Of a stretch of 64,000 bases of DNA, positions 41,182 to 50,588 are shown piece by piece (position 1 is the first letter of the stretch; every line of letters starts with the position of its first letter). A model generated the notes under the pieces. That model did not search any database, was not told the DNA's origin, and saw only the letters and a program-made list of their open reading frames with translations. The position numbers and the translations under genes are program-made. Source of the DNA: an uncultured cyanobacterium (GTDB taxonomy: Bacteria > Cyanobacteriota > Cyanobacteriia > Phormidesmidales > Phormidesmidaceae); the NCBI GenBank assembly GCA_963793265.1, contig CAWBZI010000001.1, forward strand, positions 160,001 through 224,000, given 5' to 3'.

Positions 41182-44100
41182 TCAGCTTAGCTCTGCCTCC
41201 AGGTTTTCTGTTTTGGGCGTGAACTGCACGTACAGGCAAGGAATGACAATAAGCGCGGTGGCAGTCGCAGCAATCAGCCCAAAGATAATAGCGCTACATA
41301 AGGGCATCCAGGTGGGGTCGCTGAAGGCCAGCGGAATCAGGCCGAGGATAGTAGTGACGCTAGTGGTGATAATAGGCCGCAAGCGATCCGATACGCCGTT
41401 GGCGGCTGCTCGTCGCACCGTCATGCCTTCTTGCTGGTAGCCATTCATCGTATCAACCATGACAATTGCGTCGTTTACAACAATACCAACTAGGGCAATA
41501 ACGCCGATAAAAGTGGTGAAAGAGAACGGAATCCAGGCCAGGAAGGAGCCGACAAAGGTGCCAGTAAGTGCAAGCGGAATGGTTGCCAGGATGATGAAAG
41601 GCTGACGGAAGGATCTAAGCTGTAGCACTAGCACTGCGAAGACTAAAAAGATAGCGAGGCCCAGTGCTTGACCAGAGGAACCAAAGGTTTCGGCCTGATC
41701 TTCGCTTTCGCCGCCGAAGCTGTAGCTGTAGCCAGCGGGCCAAGACTGCTGTAGGTCTTCGAGTTTGGTTTCTAAGTCGGCAATGATTTCGTTTGCGGTG
41801 CGATCGCTATTTTTCGCCAATACCGTCACCGTCCTTTCCCCCCCGCGATGCGTCACCGACAGCGCCGACTCTCCCTGCACAGGCTCCACGACCGCCCCGA
41901 CTGGAATTACTTCGTTGTCAGCATTAGAGCCGAAAAAGCGAACCAAGTTCAGCTCATCACGTCGGGTCGGGCCACCTACAGCACCATCACGAGAAGGCCA
42001 CGCCGTACTCAACCGAATCTCCAAATCCTCCTCATTGCCGCCCACGTCAAAGTCTCCGACATCTACCGCAGTCGTGTAGTAACGAGCCTGACTGGTCACA
42101 TCCTCAGCCGTGAGCCCGTAAAAATCGAGCGCTTCTCGTCTGGGAATGAGCTGTAGGTCAGGCTGCAAGTCACCTAAATTATCACGCACGTCAGAGGTAC
42201 CCGAAATTTGTCTCAGCGCCTGCTGAATCTCGCCCGAAATCTGCCGAAGCTGGCTAATATCGCTACCTGAAACTTCTACCTGAATCGGATCGCCGCCGCC
42301 TGTAGCGCTTTGACTATTGATAACCAAAGACGCGCCTGGATACTGCCGTAGAACCTGACTAACTTCTGCGCGCAAGTCGTCTAGATAGGCATAAGAAATC
42401 ATGTCGCGCTCGTCTTCTGGTACAAACACCGCTGAAAAGCCTACTAAGTAGCTGCCTTCGGTAGGCTGTAACTCGCCTGAGCTAACTAAGTTGCTACGCT
42501 GCCCTGCATACTTAATCACGCTTTCAAAATAGTCTTTTTCTCTCAATAAGTTGCCAACATCATCAGCGAGCACCTGAGACGTGTTTAGGGTTGTTGTCGG
42601 CGGCAGCTCAACGTTAATACTCAAATTACGGCTGTCTTGCTCAGGAAACAGCGTCACCGGAACTTGAGTAAACGCGAATATTGAGCAGATGAACAGCGTC
42701 AGCGCGCCTAAAGACCAAGCTCTAGCGACTCCCTTGTTACGAACGGTGTGACTCAGGCTCCATCGCGTGAACTTCTCAGAGGCTTTTTCGCTTATGCGGT
42801 CAATTCGAGACTTTTTATTTTCTCCTTTAGCGCCTGCTAATAGGTAGCGAGAGAGCGGAATATCTACCAATAGCGCAATTACGAAGCTGAGCACCAGGCA
42901 GGTAATTGCCGTAATCGGCAGCACCCGAATAAACTTGCCCAGCGTACCGCTAATTGACATCAGCGGCGTCATTGCCAAAATAGTTGTTAGCTGTCCGGCA
43001 AAAGCAGGCCCAGCATAGGTTCTTACCGTCTTCAGCGCGGCTTGATTAAAGCTCAGACCTGACACATAGATGCCTTCGTGCATTCCCTCCATCATCAAGA
43101 TAAACACATCTACCAGAATGCCGAGCGCTAATACCATGCCGATAAGCACCATATTGTTTAGCGTTTGACCCATCAGCCACAGTATGGCTAAGGTGCCTAA
43201 AAACGTCAGCGGAATCGAGAGCCCAGCAATCAGCGCCTCACGCCACGAGAGCGCAATAAACAAAATAACAAACACTACGCCCATCGCCTGTAGTGCGTTT
43301 ACAAACAGGCTGCTGAGCTGATCCCAAATTACGTCCGCATCGCTAGCGGTAATTCGATACTCCATGCCAAACGGCCATTCACTAGATCTTTTAGCTGTCT
43401 CTAACGCCGCTTTCACATTGTTGATTACTTCAATAGAATCTTGCCCCGGTACCTTTTTTACCCCGACGCTTACTACTGGCTCGTAGGGTGCGCCCTGCCA
43501 GCTAATTGCCGCCCGCGTATCTTCTTGCTCTAGCTCTCTGCGAACTTGGGCAATCTCTTCAAGTCTGACGACGCGATCATCTATGCGAGCAATGGGCAAC
43601 TGCCGAAGATCTTCTAGCTGTCGAAATTTGCCGTAAAATCGAATCTGAGTGCCGATAGTATCGCTCTCAATTTCATTCAGCGGTGCGTCTATGTTGGCGC
43701 TACGAATCCGATTAGCTACCGTGGTTGGAGAAATTTGTAATGCTGCTAAGGCGGCAGGATCCATCTGTACCTGCACGACCTCTTCACGCGCACCGCCCAA
43801 GTTAACCTCTGTAACGCCTACAACGTCTTCGAGTCTATCTTGTAAATCTTCTGCGGCCTGACTGATAACTGTTGAATCGAGATCGCCAAATAGCGCAACC
43901 GTCACGATTGGCGCATCGTTGACAGAAACCTGTTCTACAACTGGCTGGTCAGCTTCGCGCGGTAGTTCTGGCGCTGCTTGAGATACCGCATCTCGCAGCC
44001 GTTGGATAGATTGGGTCGTATCGGCGTCTGAACGGAACTCAACGCTGATAAGAGAGAAGCCGCTGTAGGAAGCACTCTGAATCGACTTGAGTCCTTCTAC

Positions 44101-44424
44101 TGATTTAATCTCGGTTTCTAACTCGTTCGTGACCTGTTGTTCGATGGTGCTAGGGTCAGCGCCGCCCCAAGTTGTCGTCACCGTAGCGGTGGCAATGTCA
44201 ATGTCAGGGTTAGCCTCTTTCACCATTGATAGATAGCCTAATAGGCCACCGACAGTCAGCAAAAGTGCTAGCAGAATCCCAAAAATAGGCTGTAAAAAGA
44301 AGAAACGCATTAGCCCTGATGCCTTTTTAGGATCAGGGCCAGCTTTGGTATTGGGTGCTGAATTGTTGGAGCGGTGACCGTTTTGGCGATCGCGCAAAGA
44401 ACCCGGCGTAGAGGCTTGACTCAT
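41182..44424 (-). CDS. RND efflux permease (AcrB/AcrD/AcrF family)
   Basis: 1080 aa; ALGILVD, GIVVNDAIVMVD, RLRPIITT. Confidence 0.93.
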   Translation of the reverse strand: MSQASTPGSLRDRQNGHRSNNSAPNTKAGPDPKKASGLMRFFFLQPIFGILLALLLTVGGLLGYLSMVKEANPDIDIATATVTTTWGGADPSTIEQQVTNELETEIKSVEGLKSIQSASYSGFSLISVEFRSDADTTQSIQRLRDAVSQAAPELPREADQPVVEQVSVNDAPIVTVALFGDLDSTVISQAAEDLQDRLEDVVGVTEVNLGGAREEVVQVQMDPAALAALQISPTTVANRIRSANIDAPLNEIESDTIGTQIRFYGKFRQLEDLRQLPIARIDDRVVRLEEIAQVRRELEQEDTRAAISWQGAPYEPVVSVGVKKVPGQDSIEVINNVKAALETAKRSSEWPFGMEYRITASDADVIWDQLSSLFVNALQAMGVVFVILFIALSWREALIAGLSIPLTFLGTLAILWLMGQTLNNMVLIGMVLALGILVDVFILMMEGMHEGIYVSGLSFNQAALKTVRTYAGPAFAGQLTTILAMTPLMSISGTLGKFIRVLPITAITCLVLSFVIALLVDIPLSRYLLAGAKGENKKSRIDRISEKASEKFTRWSLSHTVRNKGVARAWSLGALTLFICSIFAFTQVPVTLFPEQDSRNLSINVELPPTTTLNTSQVLADDVGNLLREKDYFESVIKYAGQRSNLVSSGELQPTEGSYLVGFSAVFVPEDERDMISYAYLDDLRAEVSQVLRQYPGASLVINSQSATGGGDPIQVEVSGSDISQLRQISGEIQQALRQISGTSDVRDNLGDLQPDLQLIPRREALDFYGLTAEDVTSQARYYTTAVDVGDFDVGGNEEDLEIRLSTAWPSRDGAVGGPTRRDELNLVRFFGSNADNEVIPVGAVVEPVQGESALSVTHRGGERTVTVLAKNSDRTANEIIADLETKLEDLQQSWPAGYSYSFGGESEDQAETFGSSGQALGLAIFLVFAVLVLQLRSFRQPFIILATIPLALTGTFVGSFLAWIPFSFTTFIGVIALVGIVVNDAIVMVDTMNGYQQEGMTVRRAAANGVSDRLRPIITTSVTTILGLIPLAFSDPTWMPLCSAIIFGLIAATATALIVIPCLYVQFTPKTENLEAELS

Positions 44425-46082
44425 CAGTTACTCACCTCCTGACTCTTCACAAGGCTGTCTGTTTGACCCTGCGCAATTTGAACAGTAGCCCCCTCCACAA
44501 GCCGGTTTTGGCCTGCTGTAATCACCTGCTCTCCAACGGCAACACCGCTGACAATTTCTCTTGTCGTGAGTCCTTCAACGCCAAGCTCTACCCGACGTTG
44601 TTCAACGGTGTTACTTTCAGCATCCACCACAAAAATATAGGGGGTTTGCTCGCGATAAACAACCGCGTTAAGCGGTACAACGGTTGCCTCAGATTCTTCT
44701 GCAACTGCAACCCACATTGTCACATTTTGGCCATGCTTGAGAGCGTCACCATTCTGAGTAATTTGCGCAGTCACTTCAATTGAACGTCCACCGGGATCAA
44801 CCGCTGGATTTACAGCAAACACCTGGCCGCGAGCGTCAGCCCGCGAAAGCAAATCATCCCCTCGACTGTTTGAGCGATCGCTCGTCACCAAAGCCGTCTG
44901 CCCCGGCTCAACCCGCTCACCCTGATAGGCCGCAAAATCAGCCACCACCTCATACTGACTAGGGTCAACAACAACGATTGGCACACGATCCAAAATAGCG
45001 GAGTAGTCTTGGCCGAGCTGAGAAGATACCGACTGAGGCGTATAGTATTCGTTCTCTCGCAGGTTCATATAGGCGACTATGCCGTTGAATGGTGCATAGA
45101 GCCGCGTATCTTCTAGCGCCACCTCAGCCTGAGTGAGCCTGGCCCGCGCTGTTTCAATTTGAGAGTCGAGCGCCTGCTGCTGTTGTTGCGCTGCCAAAAC
45201 GCCTGCTTGAGCGGTGTCCACCTGGGCTCTGGCTGCTGAAACCTGAGACTGAGCCGCTGCCACTTGAGCGCTTGTGTCTTGAACCGCATTGCGACGAGAG
45301 TCTAGCTCGGTAGCTGCTAATGCGCCCTGGCTATAGAGCGTTTGATAGCGTTGAAAGTCTGTTTGGGCCAGCGTTTGCGCAGATCGGGCCTGGTCTAATT
45401 GGGCCTGAGCCTGGTCTACTTGTGATCGCGCCTGAGCCACCTGAGACTGAGCGCTTGCCACATCTGCACCCGCTGCTGCCCTTCTCTGCCTGGCTTCAGC
45501 AACCGCCGCTCTCGCCTGGTTAATATCAGCTTGCAGCGTCCGGTCATCAATTTGAGCCAGCAATTCGCCCTGCTGAACCGTGTCACCCGCGCGTAGCGTT
45601 CGACCGTTGCGGTTAGCAATAAACGTCACATCGCCTGCGGTATCGAAGGCCAAATGTTTGAAGCGTTCTGCTTGTACCGTGCCTTCGCTAGAAGTCCAGG
45701 CTTGGATAGGCGCTTGCTGAGTGATCGCTGTTCTTACTGACACCGCAGCCGCTTCTTCAACCGCTGGGGGCGGCGCATTGTTGTCACGAATACGAATATA
45801 TGAGAGCCCGCCGACTGCTATCGCTAAACCCAAAGCAGGTACGAGCCACCACTTTTTCTTTAGGCGATCACCCACAGACTTAGACTCATGATCCTGCTCA
45901 CTGTCTTCCTCTCTCCCTTCAGGCAACGCTTCCGGCGATCCTTCTAGCAGCGCGGCTGGCGGTAATGGTGCTGCAACTGTGCCCTCTGATCGACGCATTG
46001 ATGGATCGCGATTGAGTGAGACAGGTTCCTTTTCTTCATTGAGAGAAGCAGAGTCAAGGGTGATAGATGGCTTAGAAGGCAT
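44424..46082 (-). CDS. RND periplasmic adaptor (membrane fusion protein)
   Basis: N-terminal TM, GDTVQQGELLAQID, long coiled coil, LYAPFNG; 1-bp overlap with RND gene. Confidence 0.9.
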   Translation of the reverse strand: MPSKPSITLDSASLNEEKEPVSLNRDPSMRRSEGTVAAPLPPAALLEGSPEALPEGREEDSEQDHESKSVGDRLKKKWWLVPALGLAIAVGGLSYIRIRDNNAPPPAVEEAAAVSVRTAITQQAPIQAWTSSEGTVQAERFKHLAFDTAGDVTFIANRNGRTLRAGDTVQQGELLAQIDDRTLQADINQARAAVAEARQRRAAAGADVASAQSQVAQARSQVDQAQAQLDQARSAQTLAQTDFQRYQTLYSQGALAATELDSRRNAVQDTSAQVAAAQSQVSAARAQVDTAQAGVLAAQQQQQALDSQIETARARLTQAEVALEDTRLYAPFNGIVAYMNLRENEYYTPQSVSSQLGQDYSAILDRVPIVVVDPSQYEVVADFAAYQGERVEPGQTALVTSDRSNSRGDDLLSRADARGQVFAVNPAVDPGGRSIEVTAQITQNGDALKHGQNVTMWVAVAEESEATVVPLNAVVYREQTPYIFVVDAESNTVEQRRVELGVEGLTTREIVSGVAVGEQVITAGQNRLVEGATVQIAQGQTDSLVKSQEVSN

Positions 46083-46229
46083 ATGCTTGTGCTGTTACTG
46101 ACCAGGGGGTCACATGGCTAGATAGTTATGCTACAAAACAAAGAAAGGGTCTTCACATGCTCGAAAGGGTGAAAGTCCCACTATTCCTAAGGTAAGGATC
46201 TGACTTTGTATAGAGGGTCTTTTGTGAGT

Positions 46230-48567
46230 TCACTTTAAATCGCCGAATTTAGGCGACCAAAAACCACCATCACGGCTTTGAAAAAACGCCACATCTTTGC
46301 ATTTTCCCTTGCGATTTTCCAGTAGCGAGCAGCGCAGCATAACCTTATCAACGCCTTCTTTTTGGTAGGCATGACGGATGAGTAAGGCCCCACAGATTCG
46401 GGCAAGGATGGTCGGTGAACGCTTTTGGATCGACCGGGCGCTGGGCATAGGGCAGCTCGTATCCTTTCTTCGCCGGATTCCAAAACATGACGGTATCGCA
46501 GCTAGACGATTCGCATTTTAAAAAGTGGTTTGCCTTTAGTTTTTTAGAGCGCGATGGAATTTTGCTCATGACTTGAGCGCATTTTGGGCATTTGGTTTTG
46601 CTTTTTTGGATCTGAGACTTTTCGGTCTGGGGCTTGTTTGCTTGGGGCTTTCTACGAGATTGTTTGCGCAGCGGCTTGTTTGATTTTGCTGTTGGGCTAG
46701 CTGTTGAAATAACTTTGCGACGGGTAGGCGCTGAAGTCTCTTTTGCGACAAGTGCTTTGGCTGGCGGTTGACTGACGTAGGTATCGGCAGCGTGCTGTAA
46801 GTCTCGCATGACGCCTGCGGAGAGCTTGGTCTTAGCTTGAGCGATCGCAGGTGCAAAGTAGTCTTTATGCCAGTCGGTCAAATACGTTTGCCAGTCTTGT
46901 TTACCAGCAGCGATCGCATCCAATTCATTCTCCATCTGCGCCGTAAAATCAGGCTCAATCAAATCAGGTAATAGCTTCTCCAAAGCTGCATCTAGCGACA
47001 GCCCTAGTTCAGTCGGCTGAAGCTTCCCTTTTACAAGGGTTGCATACGTTCTTGTCCGCAGCGTTTTAATCGTCGGCGCATACGTACTCGGACGCCCAAT
47101 GCCTTTGCGCTCCATCAGCTGCACTAGCTTAGGCTCGGTATATCTTGGTGGCGGTTGAGTCTGCTTCTGGTCAGCCTGCGCTTTTTCTAGTGTCACAGCC
47201 TGCCCTTCGTTTAACGTTGGTAGCTGCGAGTCGGCGCTTAAGTTATTCCAGTACTGGGTGTAGCCTGCGAACTCAACCACCTGCCCTCTCGCCTCCCAAT
47301 AAGCCTCTCCCGATTGGGTCACAATTCGCGTTTTACGCAGTTGAGCCGGACGACACTGAGAGGCTACAGCGCGATTCCAAATTAGCTCGTAGAGGTTAGC
47401 GGCATCGGTAGAGAGTGCGTTTTTGAGCTGCTGTGGAGTGGCGGTAACTTCAGTCGGACGGATAGCTTCGTGTGCGGCCTGCGCGTTTTTGGCTGAGCGA
47501 TGTTTGGCGGTTTGTTTAGGAACGTTGGCCGCATCGTGCTGGCTAAGGTAGTCTCTAACAGCGGCGCAGAAAGGGGCCGACAGTACAACAGAGTCGGTGC
47601 GCATGTAGGTGATGTGGCCCGCTTCGTAGAGTGACTGGGCCACTTTCATGGTTTGGTCAGGGGTGAAGCGGAGTTTGGAGCCTGCGGACTGCTGTAGCGT
47701 GGAGGTGATGAAGGGCGGCGGGGGCGATTGGCGGGTGAGTTTGCCTTGGATGGAGATGATTTTGTGGGGGGTGGTGCGGGCGATCGCAACCAGCCGATCC
47801 GCCTCAGCCTGCGTCGTCACCCGTTCAGACTCAGGCTCTTTTGATTTACCCGCTGACTTACCCTTCGAGCTAGCTTTATCAGCGCTATCTATCTCACTCT
47901 CCTCAGTCTTCTTAGGCCGACTAGCCGTAGGCTTCCGTCGATAAAAAGCTTTAAAGCCTTCCTGATAGCTCACCCATACGCTCCAATAGTCTTGTGGGGT
48001 AAACGCTTGAATCTCGCGCTCGCGCTGACACAGCAAATGGAGCGTCGCACTCTGCACACGCCCCATAGACTTCGCGCCGTTATTCAGCGGCCACACCACA
48101 TGGCGGCTACCTTTATAACCCACCAGCTTATCCAAACAATCACGCGCTCGACCCGCCGCAATTAAAGACTGATCGAGCACACGAGGATTTGCGACAGCGT
48201 TGCGAACCGCAGCGGGCGTAATTTCGCTGTATACAACGCGGTGAGGTTTCTTGAGGCGCAAAGCCTGCTGCAAATGCCAGCCGATCGTCTCGCCCTCGCG
48301 GTCGGGATCAGTCGCGATGTAAACCGTGTCCGCCTGCTTTACGGCCTGACGCAGGCCCGATATTGTCTTCTTGGCCCGCTCATCTCGCGGCGCATACTTG
48401 CAGTGAATCTGTCGGCCTTCCATATCGAAGCCTAAAGCATCTTCACCTTCATTAGTCAGCTCTCTGATATGGCCCATACTGGCTTTCACGATCCAACCAG
48501 GGCCTAGAATTTGGCTAAGCTTCTTCAGTTTTCCAGGGCTTTCGATCAGCAGCAGCTTAGCCATCAC
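46230..48567 (-). CDS. topA: Type IA DNA topoisomerase (secondary TopA), frameshifted near the C-terminus
   Basis: IESPGK, ATDPDREGE, GRVQS, ITYMRTDS, GIGRPSTY; last zinc ribbon continues in another frame to 46230. Confidence 0.9.
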
Positions 48568-48696
48568 GGTTGTCCTTTTTATAGGCTTGCGTAGCGCAGC
48601 AAACAGCCACCCTGCGCAAGCCTATTTTAGTACAAACGATCTTACTTAGCGAATTAAGAAAATCTGAGTTCTCTTATGTTCTCTAGGCGTTGTTCT

Positions 48697-49203
48697 CTAT
48701 GCGTCTACTTTTCTAGCAATCTGACGAACTTCTTCTATGCTTGACTCCGAGCCTCTAACAACAACTCTATAAATATCAGTCGCGTTAGGATCTGTCTTAT
48801 CCCTTTGCTTTTGGGGCTGAGAGGCAAGTGCTGCTTTACCGATGAACGCACCGAGCGTAGCACCGCCAAACGCCAAGCCGAGAATCAACAGGCGGTTGAA
48901 GTTGCTATTGGCATACATGCTGTCGTTCCAATAAACAAGAATTGGAACAATGATGACGCCCAGCAAGCTCCCGTAGAGGCCACCTAGCCAAAACCCAGCC
49001 GCACCGCCAGTAATCGTGCCCATCGCCTCTAGTCTGCTACGCAAGCTCGTTCTGTCATCGATAGCGACCTGCTCAATGGATGAACCTGCCGATTCGATGG
49101 CTTCCTTAACTTTTTGTGCAGACTGACGGTTGTTAAAGTTAGCAATAACCTCATCTTTAGAGCGGACAGATGGCTGATTGGGCCGTACTGATTGACTTGT
49201 CAT
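48697..49203 (-). CDS. Hypothetical membrane protein (two Gly-rich TM helices)
   Basis: 168 aa; VIANF...A, GGAAGFWLGG, YRVVVRG. Confidence 0.65.
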   Translation of the reverse strand: MTSQSVRPNQPSVRSKDEVIANFNNRQSAQKVKEAIESAGSSIEQVAIDDRTSLRSRLEAMGTITGGAAGFWLGGLYGSLLGVIIVPILVYWNDSMYANSNFNRLLILGLAFGGATLGAFIGKAALASQPQKQRDKTDPNATDIYRVVVRGSESSIEEVRQIARKVDA

Positions 49204-49374
49204 AAAATTGTTTTCCGTTGAAAGTAAGCAATGATTCTATGATGACGAGTCTGTTGTGGTGTTTTCTCTATAGCTTGATAGAGCCTATTAGTTCCGTGGA
49301 GAGAAAAAACACATGCTAGCTAGCTCAACAGCTCTGTCGGAAGATCGCTAGAAGATATCATCTTAAGCACGAGG

Positions 49375-49404
49375 GCGAGCCATCGGATACGTTTAATGGC
49401 TCGC
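49375..49404 (-). terminator. Hairpin downstream of the 82-aa ORF
   Basis: GCGAGCCAT...ATGGCTCGC, 13 bp past the stop. Confidence 0.45.
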
Positions 49405-49417
49405 TATATGGCTAGCG

Positions 49418-49666
49418 CTACAGTCTGACGCGGCGGGTCAATACGACCATAACTTCATTGCGATCGCCCGTTGGCACAGGCTTACTCCAATCGTTAGGCT
49501 CGGCGTAGTTGAGCTTGAACAAGGTGCGAATGGTCGCTTGGACTGCATGAAGGGAGCCCCGTATGGTGTGGGTCACAATCTCGGGGCTATCGTCTGAGGG
49601 AAATGAGGAATTGCCGACAGGAGGAACGGTGAACGCAGAGGCGTCCGGGCGAGCTGAAGTAAGCAT
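49418..49666 (-). CDS. Small conserved-looking cyanobacterial hypothetical protein (82 aa)
   Basis: SD AAAGGA upstream; GS..AV..TI..L..L.YAE...WS.P.PT....EVM..LTR pattern. Confidence 0.7.
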   Translation of the reverse strand: MLTSARPDASAFTVPPVGNSSFPSDDSPEIVTHTIRGSLHAVQATIRTLFKLNYAEPNDWSKPVPTGDRNEVMVVLTRRVRL

Positions 49667-49716
49667 AACGTTGAATTTCCTTTGTTTTTGTAGGAAACCA
49701 GAACCCCACTAAACCA

Positions 49717-49890
49717 AGCCACCCCGCGAAAATGTAGTGCAAATCGGGGTGGCTAGAGTAAAGTGACTCTAGCCGCCGGGACTGCCGATTAGTCCGGGGG
49801 GTTAGCTATCGGTAGGTGTTGACGCACCTATCGATAGTGCTGAGCGAAATCGAGTTCTGGCAAGAACGACTGTGATAGGCATCACAGCTT
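49717..49890 (-). promoter_or_regulatory. Multi-hairpin structured leader / candidate antisense RNA locus
   Basis: Six inverted repeats in 170 bp, two of them mutually exclusive. Confidence 0.65.
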
Positions 49891-49897
49891 AGAACTG

Positions 49898-49926
49898 ACG
49901 ATAATCTGATTCTTTGCTGCCGTCAA
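49898..49926 (-). promoter_or_regulatory. Sigma70-type promoter TTGACG-N17-TATCGT
   Basis: Minus strand TTGACG gcagcaaagaatcagat TATCGT directly before the hairpin array. Confidence 0.6.
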
Positions 49927-50035
49927 GTGGAAACGTATTTTTTCCGAGACGCCTCGGCGATTAACCCAAGTGCAAAGTCGAAAGTGTCTCATTATTTTCA
50001 AACCGCTTACTATGCTCAACCGTCGCTCTGATCTT

Positions 50036-50272
50036 TTAAGCGGCTGAATCTGCATACTGATAGACCGGAACTTCTATAAATTGCTGAGGCTCTGAGTCAT
50101 CTAGGATAAACGATTGCAATTTCTCTACTGTATCTAGCGAAAAGAGCTGTTCGCCTGTCTCTTCGTTTACTCTTGCTGGCACTCCTTTAATTACGATAAT
50201 TTTGCCGTCTATCTCCAACGTGTAAGTGACCAGTTTTTCTACCAAAGGTTCCTGCCAATTGTTATTTGCCAT
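50036..50272 (-). CDS. YgiT-type zinc-finger family / MqsA-like antitoxin partner
   Basis: VTYTLEIDGKIIVIKGVPARVNEETGEQLFS; overlaps the DUF4258 gene. Confidence 0.8.
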   Translation of the reverse strand: MANNNWQEPLVEKLVTYTLEIDGKIIVIKGVPARVNEETGEQLFSLDTVEKLQSFILDDSEPQQFIEVPVYQYADSAA

Positions 50273-50588
50273 TTTCAGTTTGTCTCCTCTCAGTAAAGCT
50301 ATTTGTCCAGATCTGCGGATCGGGTTCGTATAAAGTAATGACTTTGATTGACGGCCTAGATGGATAGGAGCATTGAATATGGATAGGACGCATATCCCTT
50401 GTAAAGCCGAATACTAAGCAGCTTGGCCCATATTTGTCATTTGGGTATTTTTCGATGATCTGACCGCTAGCGATCGCCTCTTTGATCTCCTGCACTCTGA
50501 TTTTTCGGATACCTGATTGATCAATAGCATGTTTAGAAAGCTCAACTTGATTTCTTTCGACTTTTTCGCGAATTTCATCAATCATCAA
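50262..50588 (-). CDS. DUF4258 family protein (putative RelE-like toxin)
   Basis: SKHA...R.I...EI, IIEKYPNDKYGPSCLVFG, PIHIQC, VITLYEPD. Confidence 0.88.
   Translation of the reverse strand: MMIDEIREKVERNQVELSKHAIDQSGIRKIRVQEIKEAIASGQIIEKYPNDKYGPSCLVFGFTRDMRPIHIQCSYPSRPSIKVITLYEPDPQIWTNSFTERRQTENGK

Noticed and set aside
46167..46180. FMN riboswitch or group II intron fragment (GGGTGAAAGTCCC)
   Set aside because: Isolated short hairpin with none of the other conserved elements
46230..46483. Independent 72-aa and 82-aa genes
   Set aside because: The 72-aa frame is the frameshifted topA C-terminus; the other is a shadow ORF
46230..50588. Prophage or integrated element
   Set aside because: topA paralogue, TA pair and C4-like leader are suggestive, but no integrase, att repeat, tRNA or structural genes were found
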